64,000 nt of DNA. Origin: the human T2T-CHM13v2.0 reference genome, Homo sapiens. The position numbers and the translations under genes are program-made. The stretch is from the NCBI RefSeq assembly GCF_009914755.1, contig NC_060927.1; one strand, written 5' to 3'. The notes under the pieces are model-generated. The model was not told the DNA's origin. It saw only the letters and a program-made list of their open reading frames with translations, and made no database searches. Positions 30,624-45,513 of the stretch are shown in pieces (the stretch's first letter is position 1; each line of letters begins with the position of its first letter).

Positions 30624-32096
30624 TCATCATAAAATGCTCATATATTCCCTTAAAAGGGAAGAAGTAAATTTATTGTTATCTAATACAAATTCAAAATTAG
30701 CCATAACCACAACCTATTGGAAGGACAGGGGAACAACCAGTTTCTCCAGGACTAGAACTGTATCTCTGTGGTCCCAGGGGTCACTGTCTGCATTGTCAAG
30801 GAAGAAAAGTTTGGTAGGAAGCAGGATTTGCTACCAAGACGCACATGATCAGCTCCTCAGCTGCAGCGCCCTGTGGCTAGGAGGCAGGGGCCAGGTGTGA
30901 AGATCAAGTTCAGGTCCCTCAGAATTCTATTGCTGAACTGGCCATGCTGGGCAGTGGGACAGCAAGACTGGCCAGAACCCAGATCCAGAACACAGACAGG
31001 AACTCACTGCTATCCTCCAGAGCACCTTGGATTTGTCTCTGGGACAAAAAGCTATGCCTGCTCTCTTTGCAACAGGAGCCCAAAGCACTCTGCAAAAGCC
31101 TCATACTCCCTAGGAATAGTGATGCCTTGATGGAGGCAGGCATCCAAAAGGAAGGGAAAGAAGCCATGGAGGGAAAAGCTGGGGAGGAAGTTACTGCTCT
31201 ATTATCATCAGGTGTGAGACAAGCACAGGTGTCTAAATAGTGAATGCCTTACAAAGGACAGACTCTTTGAGATAAGATGGCATCCGAGAGCTTTTGCCTT
31301 TCAACCCTGGGTGCTTTTTGGAAACCTGCCAGGTCTCCAAGTCCTGAAAAGGGATTGAAGTTTAGGTTTCTTAACCATATCTGAACACAATGACTTGTGC
31401 AAGCCTCAAAGTAAAAAGAGAACTGAGCTAACGTGGCCAGTCCTAGTCCTTTCTGGGGAAGGGTCACTCGTTCAAAAAGCAGCCAGCCTCTAAGATGCAG
31501 CAGTGCTTGAAATCCTGAGATCTAGGTGGCTGTCTGGAGAGCCAGGCCTCCAGTGCTCAGGAAAGGGCCACAACACCGCCAAAGCTCTGCTGCAGGAAGT
31601 GGTACTTTCCTGGCTTCACCAAAGCAGGGCGAAGGATGCCTCTCCCTTCTGCGCCTGATACCAGATCACAGTTGCTGAACCACTGTACCGGTCACATCTC
31701 TTTCACGCTTAAAAGCTTTCGGTGGCTCCTGGCTGCCAATCACTTCAATTTCCTCCTCCCTCTGGGATTCAGTGCCCCCAAATGTGGTGCTCAGCCATTC
31801 TCCAACCACAGCCCCTCCTCTCCCTGTTGCACTAATCCACTTGTCCATCTCCCCACAGACACCAAGTGAGCCCCAAGATTTCCTGCCACCACGTCCTGCT
31901 CAGGCTAGTTCCTCCCCCTGGAAGCCATTTCCCTACAATCTCTCAAAATGTCACTTTTTGGACTTTTAACTTTTCTTCACCCCAAATTCCATCTCTTCTA
32001 TAAGAGCTTTCCTCATCTACTGCTGTGGACACCTAGTCAAGAGCAATTTCTTTCACCTCAGACATCTCTGTTTTTCTTAGAGCTCATAACTTTCTT

Positions 32097-32467
32097 TTTT
32101 ATTTCCTTTCTTTTCTTTCTTTCTTTCCTTCCTTTCTTCCTTCCTTCCTTTTTTCTTTCCTTTTTTTTTCTTTCTTTCCTTTTTTTTGACAAAGTCTCAC
32201 TCTCTCCCCCAGGCTGGAGCACAGTGGCACAATCTCAGCTCACTACAACCTCTGCCTCCCAGGTTCAGGCAATTCTCCTGCCTCAGCCTCCTGAGTAGCT
32301 GGGAGTACAGGTGCCCGCCACCACGCCTGGCTAATTTTTGTATTTTTAGTAGAGACAGGTTTTCACCATGTTGGCTAGGCTGGTCTCAAACTCCTGACCT
32401 CAGGTGATCCACCCACCTCAGCCCCCCAAAGTGCTGGGATTACAGTCGTGAGCCACCACACCTGGCC
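32097..32467 (-). mobile_element. Alu (AluS-type) with tail expanded into a (TTTC)/(TTCC) microsatellite
   Basis: Antisense Alu; TSD ataactttctt at 32086-32096 and 32468-32478. Confidence 0.96.
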
Positions 32468-32907
32468 ATAACTTTCTTCTTTGTGTTTGGATTATTGTGT
32501 GCTCCTTGTAGCTTTGCTCTGGATGGTAAACTCCTTGGAAACGGAAGTTTCCTCTTGCTTTCCATGACTTACTTCTCCTTGTTGGGTTGAGCTGTATGTT
32601 TGGGACAGACTAACTTGAGGAACTAAGTCCATGATGACTAGAGGAGCACTGGTTAGCTGAAGGTCTGCCAAGCTTGCTGTAAAAATATTTCAGCTTTAGG
32701 TGAGGAGCTGCACTGGCCAACCTGCTTCCTTGTAGCTCCAGGGTTTCATGCACGGGGTCTATGAATAGCCAAAGCAAAAGGCCACACTAAGCATCTTTTC
32801 TGCTCCTATCCCCAATCTTGAGTTCAGAAAGATCTGCTAGGGATCAGTGCTTTAAATCATCTCTCCTCACTCCCTGTAGAAAAGCCCTCCTTCCAGGAGC
32901 TGACTAA

Positions 32908-33229
<322 letters not shown>

Positions 33230-33349
33230 CCAAGGAGCACTTTCTGTTGCTTTCTGGGCAGGCTGTGTTTTTACCCTGTGCCCATCTCTCTCTCCCTGGC
33301 CCTCTGGTCTGCCCGGCACAGGTAAGGAGTCCAAGGAGAGTCACCCTTC

Positions 33350-34200
33350 TCCTATGAGTATTCCGGTGGCTGCTGCTCTACCCTTGGGAGGTGGAAAAGG
33401 CACCAGCACAAGGCTTCCCCCGCCCACTCATCTCAGCTTCTTGCTTTCTGCACTGGGCCGTATGGGGTGCTGGGAGTTTCGTGATCACAAGGAAAAGAGA
33501 TGCGGGCGCCAGGCAGGGAAGGAGGACAAAGAGCAATCCCCTTATTCATGCATTCTTCAGGAAAAAGAGAGAATTTGACCTGAGCCTATTTTCCGAATAA
33601 TTCGGCATCAAACAGCAATGAGGCCTGGGACTTTGCCAAGTCTTTGTTTTGTTTTGTTTTTTTCCTTTCCTCCAATCAGCCCAAGGCAATGGGGAGTGGG
33701 AGGGGGTGGAGGGGTGGGGGCTACACGCACACTGGGGCTGAGAGGGAATGCTGAGCCTGCAGAAGTGGCCCATTGACAGCTCCTGCTCACAGCAGAGGGG
33801 CGGGTGGCACCCCCAGCCTACCACCACAAGGGCAGCTCTGTCCTGTGGGCACAGGGCTCCATCCCAGCCCCACCGGCTGGGAGAGAACAACATTTCCTTA
33901 TAAGGCCCCGACCGCTTTGCCAAGGCTGGATGGCTCCAACAGACTGTAGCTTTCCATTCTCCTCGTCAGCTCCAGTGCAGGCCTTGAATGTAGCCCTTGT
34001 TGTCAGGCTCCTCCTCTCCTCCACAGCCCCCACCTCACCTACTTCCACTCCCTGCCAGAGCTAGCCCCACTGGCGCAGGATAAACAGCCCAGAGGCCTCT
34101 CCCACGCAGGGCCTGCCTCGGTTCAGGCCTGCTGGAGGCAGCACAGGGTAGCAAAAGGAAGGTGGGAGTCACAGTTTCGGCTGTTCCTGTGCGAAGGGAA
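33350..34200. promoter_or_regulatory. Repeat-free GC-richer segment, candidate enhancer containing a CArG box
   Basis: CCTTATAAGG at 33896-33905 overlapped by ETS-like CATTTCC; G-run cluster at 33691-33720; motif-level evidence only. Confidence 0.35.
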
Positions 34201-36407
34201 GGCCCTTTTCCTCATCTGGAAGATGGGGCTCTAATGGCCATGGGGTCCAAATTCTTTGCATTGTATTCAAAGTCCTTCCCAGTTAAGCTGCAGGTTAACT
34301 TCACTGTTTAACTGCCTTTCCATACCTTGAAGGCCAGATTTCCCCTAGCTCTTCCCGTTTCCCCCAAACGCACCTTGCTCACACAGGCCTCCACTGCTTC
34401 GTGCACGTGTTTTTCTCTACCTAGGTATTTATCTGCCTAGGTCACTCATCCTGCAGGCCCCACGGTAGGTATGCCTTCCTCCCCTCCCCAGGAAAAAGGA
34501 ATCATTGCTTTCACTTCGTTGCTCAACATTTGTTTGCACCTCTCTTACAGCTTTTCTGTTTTGCAATTGCAATGATTTCTTTACCTGCCTGTTTCCTCTA
34601 TAAGATGATGAGCTCCTCCAGGCTCACATGCTCTCCTCTTTCTTTATGTCCATGAGCTCAACCCACAGTACCAGGCACATAATCCAGCTTCACAAAAGAT
34701 TGCTGCACAAATGCCTGAGCACACAGTGTTGCGTAAGTTCAAAAGAGACAACTATAGTGCAAATACTTGTAAACTATAAAGTGCTGTTAACCCATGAAAT
34801 GTAAAACTTTATCTTGCTACCCTCCACTCTAATTCTACTGTTTGTCACACTGTTACAGCCCTTTTCCCTGTCTGACCAGTTCTGTATCCAGAATTCCAGG
34901 CTCACTGCAACCCCTCAGGAGGTTAACATCTATCACTAAGCCATTACTCATCTTTAGAATCCCAGTGTTGGGGGCTAAAAGGTATGTATCCGAATGTTGC
35001 CATACTAGAGTCCACAGAGGCCCTACAGACATACAGTGGCTAAATGGAGAAGCTGTGAGTCCCACTTTTACTATTTATTCATGCTAGGTTCCCACAGCAT
35101 TCTGGGGGGAAAAATCTGGTGGCTTTAAAAGTTTGAAGCCCACTGATTAATGCTGTCTCAACATATGACAGTTGAAACAACTGAGCCCCCTAAAAGAAAA
35201 GCAGCTTTCCCCACATCTCATGTGTTAGCCACAAACTCAAGACCATACCCGGGATCCCCTACTCTTGCTCACCACAGCCATTGCCCTGCTTAGGGCAGAG
35301 TGATGACGGATGCAACTGCATATCTGTCAAGCCGAATGCTTATGGGTCAGGGATACCTCAAGTTCCAAATAAAGAATTTCAGTCTCTGCCAAAACAAATC
35401 TTTCTGAATTGGAGATTCTGCAAAAATATCAGGTTAGGGATTTGCAAGCTCAGCACGGTTAAGTACTATAGTAAGACTGTCCCTCTATTCTCCAGGATCC
35501 CAGCAACTGTTTCAAAGAGAAATCTCCTATCCCAAGATAAATTAGCCTGTTCTCCGTCCACATAGGGAAGTTTTTCAGAGATATGTTTGTAAAGCGAAAC
35601 CCATAGTTGATCATGAACCATGTTCTAACACTATTTGCCACAGAGCCAAATTCAGGATATAAGATGGTTCTGCCTTGGGCTCCATCCAAAAGGCTTAAGT
35701 TACATGAATACTAAAAATACTTTATTATAATGAGATTTCTGTGTTAGATGCCTAAGGGCAGACTGTTCAGGAAGCAAAATGAAGCCTAAGTAATACTGGG
35801 CAAGGACATAGGAGATGAAGCTCTAGTACCAACTCTGATACTTACTGTGAAACTTAAAGCAAGTCTTTATCGGCCTCGATTTTCTCCACTACAAAATGGG
35901 AACGATGATACCTTCACATTCTTTTCCAAAGACAGTAAGAATTAGATCAACTGAGACCATGAAAGTGAAGGTACGTTATGACATCAACCAAAAAAATACT
36001 GTGCCTAAATAAGAGCTAGTTAATCATAGGCAGTGTTCCTCCCTTTGGGCTGTTCTTCTGGGTACAGAAGAGAAAAAGCTTCCCTCTCCAGCTTCCTGTA
36101 ATGTTTGCTCCAAACCCTAGCTCCCTCATGGCCACTGGCAACCATACTATTGCTGATCACTTTCCAGGAAATCGAGAGGAGTTAGGGCACTCCTATTAGA
36201 TTTGCTTCAAGACGCTGGAGAGCAGACAAAGGGAACCATTCTGTCACCCTGTATTCTCTTCCCCTTCCTTCCTAGGTACAAAGAGAAGGGATTTTCCACT
36301 TGCAGGCTCTGGGCAGGCTGAGTGAATTTGGGAAGTTGTTTCTCTTCACTGAGCCTCTATTCCCCATTATGTATAATGAAAAGGTGAAACAGAATGGTAT
36401 TTAAGTT

Positions 36408-36868
<461 letters not shown>

Positions 36869-37367
36869 TCAAGCTGGGCTATTACTAGGAAAGCAAAACG
36901 ACCTTGAGAAAAAGAAAGTTTAGTTTCTTCAGTATCACTTTAGCCACACTGAACTTGTGACTGGTTCTACATGTTGTTTTTACGTTTTTCTTAGTCGTTA
37001 AGGACACACGCAAAACTAAGTTACACATAACTTCATATGTCTGCGTATTACAAAGTATTTCTATATCCTTTGTCTTCTGCAACAGTCCTGGGAGGCAAAC
37101 ATGGGCAGGTGTTAATCTCACTTTAGAGATTAAAAAGAAAAAGGTTTAAAGGAAGTCAAGGACTTGCCCAGGGTCATGGATCAAAGAGAAACAGCCCTGT
37201 CTGGACTCGTGGGCCCATGCTTGTTCCATTGGACCATGTTAAGGGAAGCACTTAATTTGCAAATATAGCCCGGCTTTATGAAGGCCAACTTCCATCCAGA
37301 AAGTTACTTCTTCTTCCATGGCAATGATACTCAAAGTACAGGTGTTTTCTAGACATGCTCTGAATGT

Positions 37368-37514
37368 TGTCAGAATCAAAATGGAATCACTTGTGTTAAG
37401 AACCCTGAAAATAGAATTAAGAAAGGCCATGAAGAAACGGTTCTCATGCATGAATGCCTGATAACAAGAACTATCACAAAAGACTGCAAAAACTACAATC
37501 TTGCATAAATGTAA

Positions 37515-37549
<35 letters not shown>

Positions 37550-37725
37550 ATTTTTGCAAGGAATCTGCCCAGTAACTGCCTGTCTATCTTTAAACTGGCA
37601 CCACCCTTTTTACTGATCTGTGTAGCCAAGAATACTACGGCATGCGTATTCCCATTGAAATACCCTATTTCTGAATAAACATTTTTTTTCTTTTAGAGAG
37701 CCTCTCTCTGTTATCTAGGCGGACA
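37368..37725 (+). mobile_element. ERV1 LTR (MER39/MER34 group) containing a (CA)n tract
   Basis: 'tgcctgataacaagaactatcacaaaagactgcaaaa...ctgcccagtaactgcctgtc...aataaac...ttttagagagcctctctctgttatctaggcggaca'. Confidence 0.6.
37519..37547. repeat. (CA)n microsatellite
   Basis: ~14 CA units. Confidence 0.95.
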
Positions 37726-38862
37726 TCTTGAAACTTAAAGCTGGCCAAGGTCTTAAGAATCAACGAAATTTGCAAATGAGAAAACTAAAACCCAGAAAGA
37801 ATATCTTGCCCAAGGTTATTCATCAAGACCAAGATTCAAGTGGGATTTAGATTCCCAAACCCCTCCTTTAGCAATCTTTCAATATTAGCTAACATAAATA
37901 TACCTAGGAAAGTAAGCGTAATCTATATCCCTATACACCTTTTCAAAGACAGATTACTTTTTGATTTTCTAATGTTGAGAAACCTCAGGCTATTTCTTCC
38001 TTCCCTTAGCTTGGAGAAATGAGAGTGAAAGGTATTTAAATCTAAGGCATTGCAACAGCCACAACTTATTTCTCCTCCCTGAACTTCCAGAGAAGACTAA
38101 AATGAAGTTTCCTAATGGTCAAACTCCCATAATTCAAATGTTTACCAGAGTCCTGAGGGCAAAACCAAAAAGGGCTTGCTATGCAGGAATGGTCACTCAA
38201 AAAGTGAGCAACGACCTTTTGGTTTGAGTTCTGGTTCAACTACTCCTTTGCAGCACAATCGTGACCAAGATGTTTTCCCTGTCTGGCCTCAGTTTCCTTA
38301 TCTATTAAATAAAAGAATTGTATTAGGCAATGTTTTAAAATGCTTCCAGCTCTAGCAATCTATGAGTATCCAAACTGCACATGTAGATTTGAGTAGGGGT
38401 TTGATCAAGTCCTTTTCTGTCCCTTAATGTCATAGGAGTCAGAGCCCAGGAGAAGCACCATCATTACCTCTTGCTGGAGGATATTTTGTGCCTCTTATTT
38501 GCCTTCTGCTCCTTTTCCTGCTAATTAGCACAAGTAACTACCTATGCCAGCTAAAAGAGACAAAAATGCTGGTCACCCTTTCCAGTACAAACCAGGAGTG
38601 TTTAGCTAAATCAAAGGCATTAACCAAGATGCCTAATTTGTTGGCTCCTCATAAATTAATACAACTCTGGGAAAATTTGCTCAAAGCCTGATAATTTATT
38701 TCTTAATTTATTAACTGTGCAAAGATTACTGCTGTATATATTTGTCTTTGTCAAAGTAGCTGAAACTACAAGGCAAAATAATGACTCCATGACATTCATT
38801 GATGTCACTGAGTCCAAAGGCCCCTGCAGGTGTAGGAAACTTTCCAAGACATACAGTAATAA

Positions 38863-39216
<354 letters not shown>

Positions 39217-39374
39217 TAGAGCATCACTCTTTTCAAAAGCCATAGAAACACCACATTCGTGACACTCCCAAAACTGTTCTGATCACAGATTTATGTCATC
39301 TTTTTATTTCTCTATAGCACTTTCATTGTTATTATGATTCCAGAGCAGAATGCCTGCATTCAAATCCACTGTTA

Positions 39375-39713
<339 letters not shown>

Positions 39714-40481
39714 TTAATGACAAAATCCACGTAAATCATGTAGAATTTCATAATTTTGACTATAGCTATTACTTTGTGATTTTTAGAACACCAGCAGAGA
39801 CAAAGTGTTTACAGATAAGAAAGTAAAAGACCTGTAAGGATAAGGGACATACTTATAGCAATATGACAGTTAGTGGAAGAACCAGAATCAGTTCCCAATT
39901 CACATAATTCTTACTAAAAAATGTATTCCATAAACCAAATGGTCATTGCAGGTTGTATTCACTCGTTCGTACATTCATTGATTTTGCTGTAATTCTTCCT
40001 TGGACTCATTAATTCAGCAAATATTTCCTGAAAAACACAGGTCCCTTCTATCCCTAGGAGCAATCATTTAGAGATATGGGTTCTAGTGCCAGCTCTGCAC
40101 TAATTCACTATTGAGGCCAACAGCAAGTGACTTCTCTTTGAGTGTCTAGTTCTTCAAGAGATTTGAAAAGATGTGTTTACATCTCCTTCCATACCAAGCT
40201 CCTATTTGCTGTCTTTCATATTACATACTAGTGGGACACCAAGATTCCGTAATGGCCCTTGCCCTAGAGGAGCCTGCAGTCAAATGGGAAAAATAAACAC
40301 AGCTGTTGTGTACTTGCCCCGTTGTGCTAGAGTATAGCATAAGTCACCTAACACGTATTTTTTAATAAAATGATTTCATGTGGCTCCCACACGCCAAAGT
40401 TGGCAGGGAAGTCCATTTCTGGCATATTCTGGGGGGCCTTCTCCCCCACCTTAGATGGATAACCACGCACAAGAACTTCAA

Positions 40482-40837
40482 ATAGACTTGCAAACTGGTG
40501 ACCCTTGGGCCCAGTGAAGCCTACACAGGTGTTTTGTTTGGCTTATGGTGCTTTTTAAAATTTTAAGTCAACATTTAACAGCTGGGAAGTTTCTCATTAA
40601 AACCCAGATTTCTGGCTTTTCTTGAAAATGCATAAGATCTAGCAACGCTGAGTTGGAATCTTGACAATGACAACTAACATCTTAGAACTTTAGTCTTTTA
40701 GAGGGAATATACCTTTCCTATTTAGACATGAATGTTTGATTTTATCTTGAGGTGCACTATTTGAATTCAGGGGAAACAATCATACAAATTTAAAATTTTC
40801 TGTTAGGGATGTTAAGGGGGGAATTGAATGTTTTGTA

Positions 40838-40878
<41 letters not shown>

Positions 40879-41041
40879 GATTGAGAAATTTAAGTTTCTG
40901 AACTTAATGCAATGTAGGTATTTAATTTAGCCTAGCTAGGGCCCAGTATGCTTTGGTATTTCAATGGGAGAAATGTCCTAGATGAATCACTAATAAATGT
41001 TATCTTCCTTTCTCCTAAGGGCATTTGAGTTGGTGGCTCTG
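40482..41041. mobile_element. hAT-Charlie relic (MER102-like), interrupted
   Basis: 'cttgcaaactgg...tgttttgtttggc...aaacccagatttctggcttttcttgaaaa...agatctagcaac' and end 'gcatttgagttggtggctctg'. Confidence 0.55.
40840..40874. repeat. (GT)n microsatellite
   Basis: ~17 TG units. Confidence 0.95.
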
Positions 41042-41049
41042 TGCATTAC

Positions 41050-41233
41050 TCTGATACGCTGGTAACCAGGCTCACTAAGAAAAAAAAAAATCCCCAATTT
41101 ATAGTTTGCCAAATTTTGTGTGTAAGTACTCCACCATGACCAAATTCAAGGATGCTTTTACAACTGGCTTGTAGCATTTCTGGAATCTTAGCAATTAGCT
41201 CTTGCAAGCCGATACAGCAGACTCAGCACACCA
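41050..41233 (+). mobile_element. hAT-Blackjack relic (MER63-like)
   Basis: 'gctggtaaccaggctc...atttatagtttgcc...tactccaccatgaccaaattcaag...cagcacacca'. Confidence 0.6.
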
Positions 41234-41419
41234 AGCCTATTTAATCCAGAATATGGGAGTATAAAAATTGTGTTACTTTCCTCTCACCCTGAAGTCAATG
41301 AAGAAGAAGACATATAAAACATAAGCTTTGCCTATCTTCAGGAGAATTTTGGTCTAGATCAGGAGACAAAGCTAAAACCTTTGCAATAATCAGAAGGCCT
41401 TTTGAGAAGAATCAGTGAT

Positions 41420-42345
41420 CTATCCAACATCTCTACTCGAGGGCCCAATAAGAATATGAAACTTACTACATCCAAAACAGGTTTCTTGGATTTTCTCTCA
41501 AAGCTGTACTGTATTTCCCCAATCTTTTTATCTTAATAAACAACCCTTCCCCCAGTTCTCAAGCTTAAAGATAAAGAATTATCTTTCATTCCTTCCTATT
41601 TCTTAACCCCCTATCCAGTTACCCCCTATCACCAGAAACAAGTCTTGTGAGTCCGCCCCCAAAATTAATTGTGCACATCTCTGCACCCCACTGCAACAAC
41701 CCTAGTCTAAAATAGTCCCATTAAAGCTCCTCTAGAACATTTTTTCTGCTTTCTTTCTCATTTCCTTACAATCACTTTTCCAAAAAGCAGCCAAAAGGAT
41801 CTTTCAAGAATATAAATCAGATTTTACTCCCCTGCTCTTTGCCATCCAATGGCTTCCCACTAAACTCAGCAGAAAATACCAATTCCACACCATGGCCTCA
41901 AAGCCCTCTCTGATATGATCCCTGCCCTCCTTTCTGCCTTTGTCTGCACCTGCACCTCGCTACCCCTTTTCTACCCCTCTCAAGTTCTCTAGGCTCTCCC
42001 AGTTCTTCCCCGTCACTCAGTCTCCACCAGTTACTCTTTCTCTCCACCCTAAGCAGTTGCCTTCTCATTCTTCAGATGCCAGCTTAAATGTCACCTCCTC
42101 ACAGAAACCTCCTCTGCCCACCAATCTAAAGTAGCTCTCCATTCCCAACCAGTAATTCCCCATTCCATCAGCCAACCAACATATACACTGTTTACCTTTA
42201 CACACAGAGAGAAAATGTAAATTCCATGAGGGTAGGAGATTTCTATGCCTTGATTTTGCTGTATGTGTTATGCCTAGCCCAATGTTTAACACACAGTAGG
42301 CATTAACTAAATATTTGTTAAATAAATAAATTAATGAATACACAA
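41420..42345 (+). mobile_element. L2 3' region (L2a-like)
   Basis: 'ccaatggcttcccact','cagcttaaatgtcacctcctcacagaaacct', end 'acacagtaggcattaactaaatatttgttaaataaataa'. Confidence 0.8.
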
Positions 42346-43302
42346 ATGAGTGGGTGATAAAGGTAGGGTAAAGAGATTGATGTTTCAAAGTTCCCTTCTG
42401 GCCTTAACATTTTAGGACCCTGTGGTTTCAAGAGCATAATTTTGTACTTACTGATGTGGGCTCAGCTCTTAAAGTAGAGTGGAATTTAGAGGGGAAGGAG
42501 ATGAATGAAGTTGCCAGGATCCAGCAGCAGGCTGGGGAGACTCCCTGGAAGAAGTGGTAGATACACTGGGCTTTTCAGCCTTCAATATTACTTAACAAAA
42601 GGCATTTGTCATCTTACAAAAAGGTTTACCCTAATCTCCATTTCAGTTGCCAACTACTCTTCTACATTTAAAATGTGATCATGTTTATAAAAACTTGATG
42701 GGCACACTTTTCAGGAACATCTAGTTTCTAAGCTGCACTGTCCTTACATGCCCTTGGGCATAGGTGTATGCTGATTAGCAGGTTTAATTTGACACAGATA
42801 AAGAACACGAAGAATTTACCCAGAGGCCCATTGACCCCCCCTGCTGGCTCCATATCTGAAGGAAGGATCTGTTCCATACCTCAGAGAAGACCCACTTAGG
42901 ACAGGAAGTGAGTCATCTATGTTCCACAGAGGACCTATCACAGGTTGGACTATACTAAATGTGAAACAGATTAAACTGGAACAAAATCATGACATATTTG
43001 TTCCCTCCCACAGTGTGAGACGTTTCATAACCTCTTGATACTTTACCCTGATAACTTTGAGAGCTGGAGAGGTCTTCAAAAATCACTTGTATGTCTCTCT
43101 CTTGTTCTGTAGATGGGGAAACTGAGGCCAGAAAGGCTGGTGCCTTATCCAAGTTCACACAGCAGGGGTAGCAGGAGATCCCTGTCCTGAAGCCCAGACA
43201 AATATTCCATAGAAGCATACATATACAAGCTGATTTTTAAGAGAAAACCTATTGTGTCCTTTTGTTTAATCGTCATAAATAACTTGATGATCTATTTGTT
43301 TA

Positions 43303-43599
43303 ATTTTTTTTTTTTTAAAGACAGAGTTTTTCTCTTTTTACCCCAGGCTGGAGTGCAATGGCACAATCTCAGCTCACTGCAACCTCTGACTCTTGGGTTC
43401 AAGCAATTATCCTGCCACAGCCTCCTGTGTTGCCAGGATTACAGGCGCGTGCCACCACGCAGGGCTAATTTTTGTATTTTTAGTAGACACGGGGTTTCAC
43501 CATCTTGGCCAGGCTGGTCTTGAACTCCTGACCTCGTGATCCACCCGCCTTGGCGTCCCAAAGTGCTAGGACTACAGGTGTGAGTCACTGCACCTGGTC
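43303..43599 (-). mobile_element. Alu (AluS-type)
   Basis: Antisense Alu; TSD tatttgttta. Confidence 0.96.
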
Positions 43600-44340
43600 T
43601 ATTTGTTTACTTTTTAATCATTGAAAAATAAAGTTTTAGCAAGTAATCTCTAGTGATACTGAGGTTTTAGGACAACTTGAAGGAATCGGCTTAAAATGTT
43701 AGAAGCTGTCACATAATAAAATAGTAAGACAACCCAGACCAACTTATAAGAAGAGGTAAATGTTATTTTAACTATCAGGAAAGAGTTATATCATTTTCAA
43801 AACAACCAGAAGAACTATTTTTTCTCATTTTAATGTCTATAGTTAGGATTCAGAGACGATCACTTGTGATTTTCAGCAACTTAAAGTTTGTATGAGATGG
43901 GAAAGCCATAGAGGGAAGCATGCCAATCTTTTAAACTGTTACACATGAAGCGTTAGAGACTGGAGTGCAGCTATTAACTTAAAAAAGGAAAGAAAGTGGT
44001 TTATGCTAGCTTTTTCAACTGTCAAATGATCAGTTGGAATTTAGAGAGTAACAGTGTTTCAAGACAGAGATACATTTAAACATCATGGTGCTTGACAGGC
44101 AAACAGGAATCATTTGCCCAATTCCTTTAGAACTAGTCTTAAAAAAAAAAATGCAACAAGGCCTCTCAAATTGCAGGAGAACTAAAAAACGAACCTCACT
44201 CCCTGATTTACCCTTCCGGATCTGTATTCTCCAGAGTCACCAGCTCCTGCAGGTCTCTGGGGCCAGAGAGAGAGAGCGCTGAGCCTGGAGTGAAAGCCCT
44301 TCTGCAGGGTCAACTATGAAGCACCTTTGGAAACTTAGGC

Positions 44341-44480
44341 CAGTTGTCCTCAAACTTGGGGTGTCTGGGAATCACCTCAGGGGGTACTTACTACAATATA
44401 GATTTCTGGGCCCATTTCCAGAGCATCTAATTTCATAGGTTTGGAATAGCTTCCAAGAATCAACACTTTAACAAGTACTC
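44341..44480. mobile_element. MER5-type hAT-Charlie relic
   Basis: 'cagttgtcctcaaactt...gaatcacct...agatttctgggccc...ctaatttcataggtttgg'. Confidence 0.6.
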
Positions 44481-44739
44481 TCGGCTCATCCTGACACAAC
44501 TAGATGGTGGAACAACCATACCAAAACCTTGGCCAGCCTACGTAAATCTTCCTCTTTTCTCTGGATCTCAATTTCTACACGTGTGAAATGAGGAATATGA
44601 ACCAGGATCATCTCTAAGGTCTCTTCCTGATTCGGGCAATGGAGATGATATGACTTGGGAACTGGCAGGATTCCAATCTTGCCTCTGGGTTGCCCTGGTA
44701 GCCCAAACAAGTCACGTACTTACAGAAGCATGTAACTCA

Positions 44740-45513
44740 TGTAAACCCCGAAAATTTGAGACAGGTCTCAGTTAATTTACTTTATTTTATTTATGTTTTA
44801 AGACGGAGTCTCACTCTGTTGCCCAGGCTGGAGTGCAGTGCCACGATCTTGGCTCACTGCAGGCTCTGCCTCCTCGGTTCAAATGATTATCCTGCCTCAG
44901 CCTCCTGAGTAGCTGGGATTACAGGCACCCACCACCATGCCTGGCTAATTTTGTGTTTTTAGTAGAGACGGGGTTTCACCATGTTGGCCAGGCTAGCCTG
45001 ATCTCAAGTGATCCACCTGTCTCAGCCTCCCACATTGCTGGGATTACAGGTATGAGCCACCACAACCAGCGAGGTCTCAGTTAATTTAGAAAGTTTATTT
45101 TGCCAGCGTTGAGGATGAGCACTCATGACACAGCCTCAGAAGGTCCTGACCACATGTGCCTAAGGTGGTCGGAGCACAGTTTGGTTTTATACATTTTAGG
45201 GAGACATGAGATTTCAATCAACATATGTAATATGAACATTGGCTCGGTCAGATAGATGGGAAAACTCAGAAGCAAAAGCAGGACATTTTGAAGCAGGTAG
45301 GCGGCTTCCAGGTCACAAATAGGTGAGAGACAAAAGGTTGCATTCTTTTGAATTTCTGATTAGTCTTTCCAACGAGGCAATCAGATATGCATTTATCACA
45401 GTGAACAGAGGAATGCCTTTGAATAGAATGGGAGGCAGGTTTGCCTAATTTCCTAGCTCGAATTTTCTCTTTAGCTTAGCGATTTTGGTGACCCACAATA
45501 TTTTCCTTTCACA
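44740..45513 (-). mobile_element. ERV1 solo LTR (MER4A-like) split by an Alu
   Basis: TG...CA ends (tgtaaacc...ttttcctttcaca), flanks ctca/ctga, internal 'ggttttatacattttagggagacatgaga'. Confidence 0.85.
44780..45071 (-). mobile_element. Alu (AluS-type) inserted in the MER4 LTR
   Basis: Antisense Alu; long TSD aggtctcagttaattta. Confidence 0.96.

Noticed and set aside
30858-30882. CTCF-like motifs (also about 33788 and 44498)
   Set aside because: Each has mismatches at core positions, so they cannot be supported without ChIP data.
33350-34200. CpG-island promoter
   Set aside because: GC is raised but CpGs remain sparse by eye. It does not look like a true island and is kept only as an enhancer candidate.
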